In this document: positions 49,061-63,280 of the stretch, in pieces
How the letters are laid out: each line of letters starts with the position of its first letter
How positions within the stretch are numbered: the first letter of the stretch is position 1
Assembly: GCF_032191835.1 (NCBI RefSeq)
Contig: NC_083233.1
Coordinates: 31,682,001-31,746,000, forward strand
Direction: 5' to 3'
Source: Heteronotia binoei
Taxonomy: Eukaryota
DNA length: 64,000 nucleotides
The notes under the pieces: model-generated
Told to the model about the DNA's origin: nothing
Databases searched by the model: none
What the model saw: only the letters and a program-made list of their open reading frames with translations
Made by a program: the position numbers and the translations under genes

Positions 49061-51429
49061 CTTGTTATCATAGAATACATAATAAACATACATACATAAT
49101 ATCTCTAAGCCAGATTTCTACCAACTCAGCTTCCAAGAAGCATATTTTGCTGCAAAAATAGACGTGGGAGTCACTTTTCTCACCCATTGTCATCACCTCC
49201 TCCAACCAGCTCAGCGACTCAGAGAAAGAGCCTAAGGAGTCAAGGTCACCAGCCCAGGACCACCAGCAGGACCAGGGAGAGCCTAACATGGCTCAGATGC
49301 TTGCTGACCATGGTCCTGCAGCACCAGAGCCCAACCTACCTGAGTCTGCAAGGAAGGTCTCACCATTGCCCCCTGAAATAGTCACCAGGCCTATGCTGGG
49401 CAGAACATGGACACAGGTCCCTTGGGCATGCTCTCACTCTGCAGGAATGGTGACAACAGAAGGCCCAAGTCAAGGTGGCCCAAACTAGGGAAAGTACTCT
49501 GCTGGCTGCATGCAACTCCATCCCAGAGCCAGGCTTGTGCCTAGTTAATCCAGTAAGGCAACTTTGCCAAGCCCCAGCCTAAATAGTCTGTGAAGTCACC
49601 AGCCTCAGCTGCTCTCCTGGCAAGTGTTGAGTTCCTACTGCAATGTGTTTTGGGCAGAATAGAGTGAAGAATTATTGTTTTGGGTGCTCCTCTCCAAGCC
49701 ACAAATTACCCCTCCAAATATGCAAGAAGCTGGAAATAAAAGTGACATGCCTACATGACCCAGAACCCACTGGGGCCGGTTGAGTCAGAAATGATGTAGA
49801 CATTTGGTGACAATGGGGAATGGCACTCTAGTTTTTTGGGCAAAACCTTATGGTAGAAGCAAATTCTACCATAGAGTTTTGCCCCAAATGTACAATGTTG
49901 CCCCTCAACATCCCATATGTGCCTATGTCACTTCCAAATCATGTAGGCACTTATTATTCATTTCACATTTATTTTCAGCATTCCACCCTGCTCCCAGTAA
50001 GATTACCCCCCATCCCCTACTGGCAGGTTGTTCCTTATTCCAATAGCCAATTTACCTGCCCTACGGAGTTACTGTTAATAAAGAAGCCTTTAACCAAATG
50101 GAACGGGCTGTTTGTTGTTTGCTCCACTACCCAAGAACTATAGTCTAAGAATAGCGCAGTATATGTGGATACAACCTGAAGGATATATCAACAGAAATCA
50201 TGATGTGAGTCCGCAGGTTGAGCATAAGCTTCTCAGAGACTACAACAACCTCTGTCATAAATGTAAGAATGAGTCACAGGCTTACAACAAAGCGGAATAT
50301 GCTTGGGCAGTTATCACAGCCCATAAACTTTCAATGTGTCGTTCTCTTCATTATGTCTCTGTGAATAATTATGGAAGCATTTAATGAGTGCTCAGTAAAT
50401 AGCATTACTGGACCAATGAGATCACAAATAGCAACAGCTGCTTTCTTTGTAGGATAGCTGACAAAATGCAGCTTGTTTGGATTGGGAGGGGGTCTATCCC
50501 AAATACTGTAATGACTGTCCTTTGTAACTATTGGATTTGCCATAATTCTTCTCTGAGGATGGGAGTGAGTCATACCACCCCTTGCAGAGCCTACTGGTCA
50601 TACAGGGACACTAAAAGGCAATGCTGAGCTAGTACATGAATTTCCTTAGTCACCAGGCTGTTGGTATCATTCCCTGAAGTCCCATTTTTCTTCAGCAATT
50701 GCACTACAAGCAGGATGGCACCAAGACATTTAAAGCCTCGATGGAGAACACCCCAAAGTCTATTAAATCTTACAATAAGGAGTCCCCAGATGAATGCAAT
50801 TAATGCACAAAGATTTATCGACAGTACATGTGGATGTCTTCAAAGGTAGTCTTACAGCAGGCAGTAAAGAGAAACAAACAATGAACACAGAAGGCAAGAA
50901 CTGAATGCGGGGACCACCTCAAATGCCAATGTTTTCAACATTGAAGCATTTATCAACATTGAAGCATTAAGCATTTAGGCTTAAGCAAAGGATAAACAAT
51001 CATCTAAAAATGTCTCCCCACCCCCAGCAAACTTCACATTAGGAGGGATTGATGTGCCTGGATAAACATGACAATCACTTGGAACGGTACTTCTTTTTCC
51101 TGATGGGTTTATTTGAGGGTGATGTGGAAGTAGGGATGATTTTGAATTTCTCATTTCTGCTGCTGACATCCCTACTTTAATTTTGCTGTTCTCTTGTGCA
51201 AACTGAACCACTGATTCTTTAATAGCTGTGTGCCTACAAGTAGCATCCAACCCATGGCAATCCCAGGACCATGGAGTGTGCAAGGCAAAAGATTACCAAA
51301 GATGGTTAGCCATTGTCTTCCTCCATGGAGGAACCCCAGTTTTCCTTGGGGGTTTCTTATTTAAATACTCACCACAGATGACCCTATTTAGCTCCCAAGC
51401 TCTGGCAAGATCAGACTAAGCTAAGTCAC

Positions 51430-51681
51430 CAGACTGCTACTGATTTATGGACTCTAATTTGAGGAGCTGAATTTGATTCCCTACTCCTCCAAATACAGCC
51501 AGATGAGTGACCTTGAGTCAGTCACAGAGCTCTCTCAGTCCCACTTGAAATAGATGGTATCTGTTGTGGGGAGAGAAAGGGAAGGAGTTTTTAAACTGCT
51601 CTAAGACTCTGAGTGAAGGGCAGGATATAAATCCAACTCCTCCTCCTCCCCCTCCTCCTCCTCCTCTTCTTCTTCTTCTTC
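51430..51681 (+). mobile_element. Squam3-like SINE, short older variant with (CCT)/(CTT) tail
   Basis: GGACTCTAATTT...TTTGATTCC...GTGACCTTGAGTCAGTCAC...GGGCAGGATATAAATCC. Confidence 0.75.
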
Positions 51682-52195
51682 ATTTTTGCTCTTTCTGCTC
51701 CGTGTACCTACTCCCCCCCCCCATATGCATTTCTCAACATAATTTCTGCATCAATAAATCAGAATTATACATTACCCCCTGGACCTGAACTGAAGATGCC
51801 AAACTGTCTTGTATGAGTTAAATTAGAGCTTAATTAATTGCCGTGAACGCACATCATGCTAAACACTTCCCTCACATACAGGTTGATTTACCCTCTCTTT
51901 CAGACAGCCACACTGAGCTACAATGTGGTCCATTCCTCTGAGTAGGTCATCAAAGTATTTCAGATTCTTTTCAAGACTTAAATGAGATCAAATGCAACCA
52001 TTTATGCAAATAGTCACATTGATTATTAATCAAATCTCTTTATAACCCAATACCACACTATTCCAGCAAAAGTAAGTGTTGCAGTAAATCGTATACAAAA
52101 TATGTTGTGTTATCTTACATGTAGAAACTGATTGTATCCACCGAACTTGTTTGGATTGGGAGGGAGTCTATCCCAAAATTATAGGGTGGCCAAAA

Positions 52196-52508
52196 GAAGA
52201 AGAAGATGATGATGAGAAGGAGAAGATTGGATAGAGAAGAAGAAATTGGATTTATACACCATCCTTCACTTGGAGTTTCAGAGTGGCTTACAATCTCCTT
52301 TCCCTTCTCCTTCCTACAACAGACATCCTGTGAGGGAGGTGGGGCTGAGAGATCTTTTTCAAGAACTGCTCTTGAGAGAATAGCTCTGAGAGAACTTGTT
52401 AATGACCCAAGGTCACACCAGCAGCTGCATGTGGAGGAGTGGGGAATCAAACCCAGTTCCCCCAGATTAGAGTCCATGCTCTTAACCACTACATCAAACT
52501 GGCTCTCT
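52196..52508 (-). mobile_element. Squam3-like SINE with expanded (TTC/TCA) tail
   Basis: Minus strand AGAGAGCCAGTTTGATGTAGTGGTTAAG head, GGTTTGATTCC B-box. Confidence 0.87.
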
Positions 52509-55500
52509 ATTCACTTTTGAGGTCAGATCTTTTAAGGAATTGCAAGATGGAAACAGACACTTATAGTTGTCGCTAGCTTTGCTACTGGTGAGTGAAGAAA
52601 CAATCTTACTTTTCTTGGAATGGCAGCTCTTTGTATTTCTTCCTCTCTGAATTGCTCTGAGCTCCCATTGGCCAGATAGTCTACATTTACAGGGAAAACA
52701 ATGTTTCAATTGTTTATTTTGCTTGTGTTACCACCTTGTTCAAAACTTTCATCCATATGTGTACTGTAAATAGTGTGTAGCTAGCAAAATGCCTGTAGTA
52801 GAATGACTTCAAAGGCTTATAAAACCAATCCTTTTGCCCCCTTGTACTCCCCAAAATGTCCAAGACTCCCATCCATGCTCTTGGTCCTGGATCCTACTAC
52901 TTCATTCCAAAAGGTGATGAGGCAAAATGTCCCCTATGCCTCCACAAAATGAGGAACAGACGCGCACATATTATATGAACAAATAACATACATTTTACAT
53001 GTAAGTACCACATAAATGGCTTTTAAAAGTGAAAAGAAAAAAAAATGACCAATACCACCAAATAAGTAATTAATACCAGAAATTAAAATGGGACAACTGA
53101 AACCATTTAGAAGAACAAGACACAGAAGTGAAAGGAAACAAAAAAGAAAGGACATCTTTGTCCAGTCCTATATCAGTATTCTACGTTAATCCTTGATGCC
53201 CCAGACTAGGCACCACCTCTGTTTGTCTCTTGCCTTGAAAACCCTACCAGTTGAAGGCAGCTCATATACACATCCATATTTGACAGTCCTCTAAAGAGGG
53301 GTATTAGCAAGTTCTGTGGCCACAGACAGGGGCATCTGCACATGATTCCTCCCCACCCCCCGAGTTGTTATCTGGGCTGACGCTAAGTAGCATTACTGAC
53401 AGTGACACATCTGGCTAATTTCTCATAAACATGTTAAATGCAACTATCAGTTATGCTGTCTCTATATTGCCCTGTAGTTCCTCTTGTTCCTGACATCTGT
53501 AAAAGGGACCCCCTTCAGTGAAACTAACATGCTATTTATATAGCGAGTGGCAGAAGTTCTTCAAAATCACAAGCAAAGGACCTCCTAGCTTTGCTGTCTA
53601 ATATTTGTGATGCTTCTGAAATAGTCTTCTTTTGAATTTCTCCCCAGTCTTTAGAGTTCTGGTTACCCAGCCTTGTTTCAGAAGAACGGAGGAGATAAAA
53701 TAGGAATTGTCCATTGTTCTATTTTTTTTTTAAAAAAAATCCAAATAATGCACAGAATAATTCACATGGACAGTTCACCACCCCTTTCAGGCTCTTCAGA
53801 GTTATTGATGTATACATGAGCACTGACAAACACTGCAAAAAAAAAGTAACCTTGATATTCTTGTACATATGATCTGTTGTACCCAGGTTCTTTCTGTGCA
53901 ATGCTTACTGCTGTACACAATAGAGGAGAAAACAGGAAAATGAAAAGTACTGAAATCTGTGGTGCAGTGAGCATGATTCAATCTTGACTAAATTTAGAAA
54001 GGCTCTATATGAAACCAAAATTAATGGCAGCATAAAAAAGAAAGTTTGGAGCAATAAAGGAATCTCTACCCAAGATTCTTAGAGCAGAAACTGAATTTGG
54101 GACTTAATTTTTTTGTTGTTGTTTCCTGAACCTCCTATTTAAAAAGCTAAGCTTCACTGATCAACATTTTACTACGGAACCTTCCCTCCTATAATGTTTG
54201 TGAATATTCCATCATTTCATTCTGGTTTAGTTATCAGATAAGAGAAGGGATAGCATGCAGCAGCACTTCAAAAATGGCAGTCTTTGATTCATTGGCTGGC
54301 CCTGAGTAACTACCTGTCAACCTCAATTTCCCCTTCTGAAAAAAAAGAAAAGAAAATGTTCTATCTCACAAGATGTGTGGATGGATAAAAAAAAAGATTT
54401 TAAAGAGCGTTGCACACTGAAGTTACTATCTATAGAATTAATTATAATTACCTAATGCATAATACATACTTTCCTTACTACTCAGTCCAAGAAGTCTTTT
54501 GATTAGGATTTGAGACTATTCAGGTTTTTATTTTAAGATGTTCAAATAGGTGGACTTGTCAAAACTTCTAGTTAATTCCTCCCTATACATAATGCTTTGA
54601 TGTTCATTTGACACCCCCTTGTCCTCCCCCAATTTGTCTTGTTTGTAGGGATTTCATCTCTCTCTACTTGCTTTACAGTGGATGAACCAACTGAACGTCG
54701 ATCAGCCAGCTAGCCTTTCTCTCCTTTCCATGTTCTTAACATTATATGGAGAACAATCTTAAACTAGTTTCTGTCATATTATTTGGGGATGGATATTCCC
54801 AAGGCATCTAGGAATGTGGTCAATTCAACTGGAAATTTTTAGCCAAGGAAACCATCGGATTCTTTTGAGTCTATTGAAAACATGCCTTCCAACCTGGACA
54901 CTTTTTTACTATCCAAAAACTCCCAACAATATGAAACTGCCCATTCAAACAAATATCCTGCTCCACAAACACAAAAGGATCCAGTCATGAATTACTTTTT
55001 ACAACTTTAAAAAAATTGCTTGTAAGTTTTTTTTAAACATTTCTATTGTACCTTTTAGCTCAAGAGTTCTTGGGCCAGTGCAGCAGAAATTAAATACAAT
55101 AATAATAACATTGCAAAAACACAATAACAATCTGAAATACAAAATACAAACATAATATATAAGAACCAATATTAATGAAGCATTAAGGGGAAAAAAGCAA
55201 GTAGTTGCTCTCAATAGCTCTGCAAAAAGTCCATCAAAACAAAATATATTGTGAAAATCTTAATTTGCTGTGAAAATTCTAATAAAGATAGGGACTTCTG
55301 TAGCTCCTGCAGAGGTCTGTTCCACGAAACAGGGGCTGCCCATGAGAAAGCATGGGCTCGGGTTAACATCAGGTGAACCTGACACAGGGAGAGTTCAACC
55401 TGCTAGGCCATCACCTCAAGCCAGGGCTTTTTAAAATTAGGAACGTACATGAACACAGTTCCCGCTGGCTTGGTGTCAGGGGGTATGGACTAATATGCAA

Positions 55501-57067
55501 ATTAACTCCTGCTGGGCTTTTTCTTAAAAAAAAATCCTGTGTGAAACAATGGTGATGTCAGGGGGTTCAGCCTAATATTTGTTCGTTTGTTTGCTTAGTA
55601 GGCTTATAGTCTGCCTTTCCCCGTAAACAGGCTCAAGGTGGATCACAACATATAAAAATAACAATAAAAACCTACATATCAAGGTTAAAACGCCAAATTA
55701 AAATTAACAGTAAAAACAATAAATAAAACGCACCACCGATGGACAGGGCACAGCATATCAATAACTAGTTGTAGGCACACCTTAAATGATGGTAATAACA
55801 ATAGGATAGCACTGTAATAAAGCATGATGTCACCACAAGGGAGGCCAACTGATGGAATAATAGGAGGCCCACTGCCTCAACCATAATATGCAAATGAGTT
55901 CCTGCTGGGCTTTTTCTGCAAAAGGAGCCCTGCCTAAAGTGATATGTGGCTTACAGGACTGCTGCCCTAATCTGCCCCCCAAGGCATACTCCTAATTTAT
56001 TTTTAAAGGCACACCCAGTAGAAGGAAGGCAATACCGTAAATTTCAGTCAACCTTTTTTTACCATTCCTCAGTGTATGATGTGCAGACCAAATGTATTTA
56101 TGCAGATACACATTGTATTCAGATAAATGTGTAGAGTGGACAAAGCCTCAAACATTAACAATTTATCAGCTATGACTTCTTAACTGCCAAACTAACTGTG
56201 CCTTCATAACAATGTTTTCTTAAGTGCCATAGTGCCATCTTTAGTAGAGTTACATCTTTCTAAATCTGCTGAAGTTCATAGGCTTTGAAGAATGCACCTT
56301 AAAGCTGGCACTGCAAATCTTTTATTCTGAAATGTTCTGGCAGCATCCTGATTCTTGACAGGAAGTCCACCCATGACAATTTTTCTAATAACAACATTAA
56401 TAATAATCGCAACAATACTGCTATCCATCAGAGTGTAGAAGATCCAGATACTTTTGTAGAAAATCTAGATAATTTCAGTGTGAAAAGGGGAAATTATTGT
56501 GAATTATATTCAGCTAGGATTTTCAAAGTATGGTGCAAAGAAAGCATTGGAAGTACATTTTCTAAAAGAGTGAGACGATGTTTGAGTTCCTATCTGATCT
56601 ATTTTAGAAACAATTTCTTTAATACAGTTCCAAGAATAGTTCTTTAAGGCATTTCATGCAATATTGAACAGCCAAGATAGAACATTCTTTTTGTTGTTAG
56701 AGTACCTTACCCACAACAAATGCAAGCTGATTGGTTTGGTTCATCTCTGGCTAATGGTCTTAACACAGGGCCTTAATGATTTCACAGCTGTCCTTGTGTA
56801 CACACTTGTTTCCATTTGTTGCCAAGTTTGTACTAGTCATATCCTCAGGTCTAATGACTGCTGAAGAAAGATGACGCAATGAGCTAGCAAGAAATATAGG
56901 TGCTCCTGATAAATAACCCCACATGTTCTTAAATGCAAAACGAGTTCTAATCATGTTCGGTTAACATGCAGAGAAGAGTGGAATTGCTTAAGGTGGCCTA
57001 CCTGGCACTGACTAAAGCTTGCTCTTTTTCCACCATATTTGTCATCATATAGTCCCTGGCATCATAT

Positions 57068-57201
57068 AGTCCCTGGCATCTCCAGCTAAAAGGATCAGGT
57101 GGTAGATGATGTGAAGGAGCTCTGAGACCTTACAGAGCCACTGCCAGTATGAGTAGACAGTGCTGATATTGATGGACCAATGGTAGAGCAACTTCATGTG
57201 C
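57068..57201 (+). mobile_element. Squam2-like SINE, 5'-truncated
   Basis: CCCTGGCATCTCCAGCTAAAAGG...GAGTAGACAGTGCTGA...CTTCATGTG, preceded by a short tandem duplication. Confidence 0.55.
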
Positions 57202-60200
57202 AGTGCTTTCCCAGAGACTGTAAAGGGGTGCTGTCTCTAACAGTGTTTAGGGGGTAATGCAAGGCTATTTTATTTACCAGGGCTTTTAATTGATAGAAAT
57301 TGTAGACCAGTTGGGGATGGGGATCTCTCAGTTTGGACTCCCTCCCTCTGCTTCAATGCTATCACAAAGTGGGGTGAAATGGCCACAGAATAGCTCCCCC
57401 CCCACACACAACAAAGAAGAAGCAGGAAATAACTGCAATGTCTACCTAACCAGGAAGTGATTACCAGGAAGCTGTGTTGGTGATTTCAGGGGCAATGCTC
57501 TGGTTTTTGGGCAAAACTCTATGGTAGAATTAGCTTCAAACCATAGAGTTTAGCCCAAAAACCAGTGTCTCCCCCCTACATCACTGACATGCCTATGTCA
57601 CTTCCTGGTGATGTAAGCATGCCATGTTTATTTCCTGCTTCTCCCTCCTTGCTCCCAGAAAGTAAAACTGCCCCCTACCCACTGATCAAACCAAACTGGC
57701 AACCATACACTTTTTGGGGAGGGGCGTTAGTTGAGGGGTTATTGTATTTTTGTTGTGTGTGTGTGTGTAGAGAGAGAGAGATGATAGATAAAATCTAACA
57801 TTATCAAACAACCATTTCATCCCATTAATCCACCCTTTCCTCTAGCTCTACCAGAGTGGAGAAAATGAATATTTTTTTAAAAAAAAATCAAACATAAAAA
57901 GGAGAGAAAAGAACACCCTGGTGAGAATTCAACTTGTTTCCTACTTCATAATTGCTCTTATCTTGGATGCCTGTGCACCTGATTGGTTGCGATTTTTTTA
58001 GTGGTTTCTCCAAGGGACAAACATTCGGTGGGAACTGGCAAGGAACCACTGCATCACACTAAAAATAAAATATTTGAAAGAAGTTAAATTAGCAGCTCAG
58101 CTCTGTAAATCTGATCCGTGTCCTTCATTGAGACACGAAGTATTTTCCCCCTACCCATTTGGAATTGAGTGTAGGGCTTTAAGGGGTGGGAGTGGGTGGA
58201 CTCAGTGTCTTGTGAGTCCCAGCCACCTGAAGGATTGATCAACTGTATTCAAAGTGGCCCTGCCTCCCCAGGCTGCTATTTAAGGCTGTTCTGCCACCCC
58301 AGTAATTTCCATTGTTACTGCCCATCCTTTTATAATGGCAATGAGGAATTAACTGGCCACTTTGGAGCCAAAGGAATTTGGGGAGCTTCTTCTTGGATTG
58401 GCCTGGAGAAGAGGGCTTTCTTCATCTACTTCATGTTGCTAGAATGGATGAGTTTACAAACTGAAGTTGGATTAAGTGGGGTTTTGTTAGGCTCTTACTA
58501 AAGAGGGCAGGGATTGTGTGGGTCTACTGCTTTATGTGAACTAAGGATCAATCAGCAGACATCCCAAGGATTCAAAAAGGAAGCTGGTTATTCCAGCATA
58601 ACTGCTCTGGCCAACTGGCATAGGAGAATAGTAATGATGCTCAAAACCACTTAGAGAAGCATGATGTTGGTATGGTGCTGGAGAAAGGTTTGTCCATATT
58701 CTTGTAGCCTGTCAGGCTGCTCTCACAATTAAGGTAACCTTCCCTGAAAATAAGTCTTTGCTTTATGATTGAACAGATCACATGATAAACAAAACCTTAG
58801 CTGTACCAATATTTTGAGTCTTGTGCCTTCATTTCTGAGTCCTTATTTCAAGGCTATTTTTTTTAAAAATGCAACTTTTTGGCTCAGCTAGAAAAGCATG
58901 TTTTCTGATTTCTATGTGATTGTTTTCTTCCTCTTTGCTTTAGAAAAAAGGGGGGGGGGATCCACAAACCACTGTTCAAATTAAACAAGGATCATTTGAC
59001 ACATATGTTTTGTATTCCCTCTGAAGATTACAACAGCTTTTCCGAAGAGAATTTTTATACATCTGTTTAAATTAAAAGAGTTTGTCCAGAATAGAGGCTT
59101 TGACAATAGAAATGATGTTTTTGGTGTAGCCTCAGAAGTTGTGTTTAAAAAACCAAAAAATCCTCTACATTGTTCTTGAGCCAAAAGGAGGTCTTTAAAT
59201 GTGGAGTACACACAACAGCTTGATGTCCTACATTTCTGACAACTTTGTTACATCCCATAAACGTCTAGACAAATCTAATTAAAGGCAATGAAATACTTTT
59301 ACACCAACTAAACTGCATTAATCTTCTCTTTAAAAAAATTGGACTTGGATCAAGTTCTCTACAGGGCTCAAATGCATTGGCTTTAAATAAACACTGTATA
59401 TATGTTGTTAACAGCAAGACACTGCATTGTGAATGTATGTTTGGAATGATAAATGTCTCTTTTAAAAACTTTAAAAGTTATTCAGAAAAGACAGCCACAA
59501 GCAACTTCTCAATGAAAATGGCATTAAATTTAAACAACAACAACAAAATTGAAAGAAGTTCTTCATTCAACTATGGGCACCTTCCAGCCAAAATTATATA
59601 CTTCTGATTCTTGGTCTATTAGCTCACTGTCTTGAAGACCCAAGAAAAATGTCACAAACAGGTCTGCTCTAGGACTTTTTAAAAAATCCCAGCGTTTTAT
59701 TTCCTAGGATATTACTCTGTAGTGGTTAGCTGTTTGTACCAAATTTTGTTCTGTCCTAGAAGCAGAACATGGACCAGGAAGAACACCAGAAATATAGCTA
59801 TAAATTTACTTAGTCCTTCTGTTCACTAACCCTGACACAGTACTGAAAGCATGAGAAAGGGAGAAGCCTTATCAAACATGAGAGGGAAGGGAGATGGAGG
59901 GTGTTTTTACACTGACAGTTTGTGACTCTCTATCACCGCATTGGAAACTCATCTTTTACATTACCTAATGTTCGCACAACTGTTTTGCATCTTTGCTGCC
60001 TGAAGCATCTACATTTGTTTCTGTGAGATGAGTTCTGGAGCTGCTGCTGCAATGTTTTTCTTGACACTAGTTTTGATCCGGTCATTTCTCTACAAATGTT
60101 TCAAACTTGTATTGTAGAAGTTTTCATGCATTTTAAAAGATTCCTCCAAAAGCCACAAGGTGCAGTAATTTGCATGAGAACTGACAGCACTTGAAATTTT

Positions 60201-60384
60201 TACATATCATTGCTTGCCTCATCTTGTAATTTAAATTTCTATTGTTTTTGCAGTGTTGACACGATTTCCAAGCAATTGTATACATTTAACTAAGCACTGG
60301 TATTCCGACTGCCCTCTGATCAGAGACCCCCCCCCCAATTGAAACGCTTTCAGCAGGCAATATAAAAGTTTGGCTACACAAAAT

Positions 60385-61970
60385 GAGCAGAGTGGTCTGT
60401 CCCCATCTAAAAAAAACATCTTTAGACCCGGCCCAATTGGCACACTATTGGCCGGTTTCAAATTTGCCCTTTTTGGGCAAACTTATTGAGAGGGCAGTGG
60501 CGATGAAGTTACAGACCTTCCTGGAGGACGCTTCCATCCTTGACCCACTTCAGTCCGGCTTTCACCCGGGCCATGGGACGGAGACGGTGTTGGTTGCCCT
60601 GGTAGATGACCTTCAACGGCATCTGGATCGGGGTGGCTCGGCAGTGCTGATGTTGTTGGACCTATCGGCTGCGTTCGATGCGGTCGACCATCGGTTACTG
60701 ACTTGCCGCCTTGCCGACGCGGGGATTCAGGGGTTGGCCTTACAGTGGCTTTCCTCTTTCCTTGAAGGTCGGGGACAAAGGGTCGCGATTGGGGGGGAGC
60801 TATCCCAGAGGCGCACACTCGACTGTGGTGTGCCCCAAGGGGCGGTTCTCTCCCCAATGTTATTCAACATCTATATGCAACCCCTTGCCCAGATTGCCTG
60901 AAGGTATGGGCTGTGATGTCACCAGTATGCTGATGACACCCAGCTCTATCTGCTTATGGACGGCCGACCGGTCTGCGCCCCGGAAAATCTGGATTGGGCA
61001 TTACAGGCCGTGGCTGAGTGGCTCAGACTGAGTGGACTAAGGCTAAATCCTGCAAAGACAGAGGTCCTTTGCTTGGGTCGTCGGGGACCGGGGGGAAATC
61101 CCCCTGCCAGTTTTTGACGGTGCGCCGCTGATGGCGGCGGACAGGGTCAAGAGCCTGGGGGTACTATTGGAGAAAGATGGAGGCTCAGATAGCAGCCACT
61201 GCCAAGTCCGCGTTTTTTCATCTTAGGCGGGCAAGGCAGTTGGCTCCCTTCCTGGATCGCGACGACCTAGCAACAGTGATCCATGCTACGGTCACCTTGA
61301 GGTTGGACTACTGCAATGCCCTCTACATGGGGCTGCCCCTGTGCCGAACTTGGAAATTGCAGCTGGTGCAGAATGCCGCGGCCCGGCTGTTATTGGGCCT
61401 CCCAAGATGGGGGCACATTCGGCCGGGTCTTCGGGCTCTGCACTGGCTCCCAATAATATACCGAGTTTGGTACAAGGTGCTGGTCATCACCTTTAAAGCC
61501 CTATACGGCCTGGGACCTGCCTACCTGAAGGACCATCTCTCCCCACATGTTCCCCAGAGAGTACTGAGATCGGGAACCCAAAATCTTCTTGCTATCCCTG
61601 GGCCAAAAGAAGCCAGCCTAAAATCTACTAGGGACAGGGCCTTCTCTGTTATGGCCCCTACATGGTGGAACCAGCTGCCGGAGGAGGTGAGGGCCCTGCG
61701 GGACCTTATTCAGTTCCGCAGGGCCTGTAAGACAACCCTCTTCCGGCTAGCTTACACCTAACTGATATGGGAAATTAAATATAGCTTTACCAGATTCTTG
61801 CTATACATACTGTTGTAATGTTTAATGTGTTTAAGGTTTTAAATGTTTTGAATGTTTTAAATGCTTATATATTTAAATGCTAATTTAATTTTATGTTTGA
61901 CTATCTGTGGTGAGCCGCCCTGAGCCACCTTTGTGGGAAGGGCGGGATATAAATCATAAATAAATAAATA
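60385..61970 (+). mobile_element. L2-clade LINE, 5'-truncated, degenerate
   Basis: ORFs 60383-60901 and 61177-61761 are closely similar to the 512-1768 protein. Premature TGA at 60899-60901 and a small deletion near 61170. Terminal GTGAGCCGCCCTGAGCC...GGGAAGGGCGGGATATAAAT and (TAAA)n. Confidence 0.93.
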
Positions 61971-63171
61971 AGTCCACCAATGTAAAAGGAAAATAATTAA
62001 AGTGGAACAGTGGCAGACAATTTGAAGACTCTAAAACTCTGGATCAAACTGAAAGTAAAAACACCGGGAGAGGGAAAACAGAGCCTGTCAGTCATTGCCA
62101 ATCTAAGAAACTGGAAAATGGGATGGAACCAGTAGTAGAGCATATATTTTGCATGTGGAAAATCCCAAACACAAGCTACAGCATTTCCAGTTAAAAATTC
62201 TAGTTGATAGGTAATCTAAATTCAAGTCTGCATCAGATGTTGCCAGTTAGAATAGATGATGCTGAGTAAGGTAGACTCAGTTATAATGCAAGGGTCATCA
62301 CCAACCTTTTATCTAATGAGAGCTATTGTTGATTAATGAAAAAATATCCCAAGCTACTCTGTCCCCTGACATTATTAAATACTGTGTTTGATGTACAGAC
62401 AGATGCTTGGCATAGTGATCAGCTCATTTATTAAGTGATTTCAGCAAAAACATGCATGCAACACTCATTCCTCTGCCTGCTTATATACACAAAAACTCCT
62501 CCCACATTCCAAGCTATTAGAGGGTTTGAACTGCTTTCCTGCTCTCTATTGGCAGTCTGTAACTGCATGTCCAATCAGCAGGCATACTCCAGAATCCTGG
62601 TGGTCTATTGTTCTAGCACCTCAAGCTCCACTAAGGCTTCCAGAGAACAAGTCTGGGCATGCTTGTAAGGAGCCACTACAGCTAGCATAGGAAACAAACC
62701 CCGGACATAACAGTGCCAAATTTTCCTCTGTCCCAAGAAACAGAACATGTACTAGGAAGAACATCAGACATGAAGCTAAGCTGGTGGTTTGGCAGGGCAA
62801 CAAGGCAGCCTGTAGCAGCTCAACCCACACTGACTGACCAGTTGACAGAGGCAAGTTGCTGTTCAATCTCTGGCCATATGCAACAGCAGCATTGTAAAAA
62901 AAAGAGAGAGAGAGAGAGAGCAGGCCAGCAATTCTTTCAACCTGGAACCAATTTAGTAGATCAGCATCCCTAGTTTGACATCTCAGTACCTTTCATGCAG
63001 ATTCTCTCTTGAAGCTTACTTAAAAAAAAAGAAAAAGAAAAGAAAGCACCAGTGACACATTTTAATCATTTTAATTAAAGTTCAGTTATCCTCCCTTTTG
63101 TCTCAGAGTGGCATTTTTTAAAATAAATAGATCTATCAACAGAATAAGACTGCAATCCCCAATACAGTTAA

Positions 63172-63280
63172 TTGGATCTGTCTGAAGTAGCAAAACACAG
63201 TATGAGTCCAGTGGCACCTTTAAGACCAACAAAGTTTGATTCTGGGGACAATCTTTCATGTGCATGCACACTTCAGATAC
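63172..63280 (-). mobile_element. Penelope-like element end with damaged hammerhead core
   Basis: Minus strand GTAT-CTGAAG-TGTGC-ATGCACAT-GAAA...TTGTTGGTCTTAAAGGTGCCACTGGACTC (3-nt loss in the core relative to 35717). Confidence 0.6.

Noticed and set aside
54679-54713. Possible short terminal exon (CTTGCTTTACAG|TG GAT GAA CCA ACT GAA CGT CGA TCA GCC AGC TAG)
   Set aside because: Peptide not recognised; cannot be supported without transcript or conservation data.
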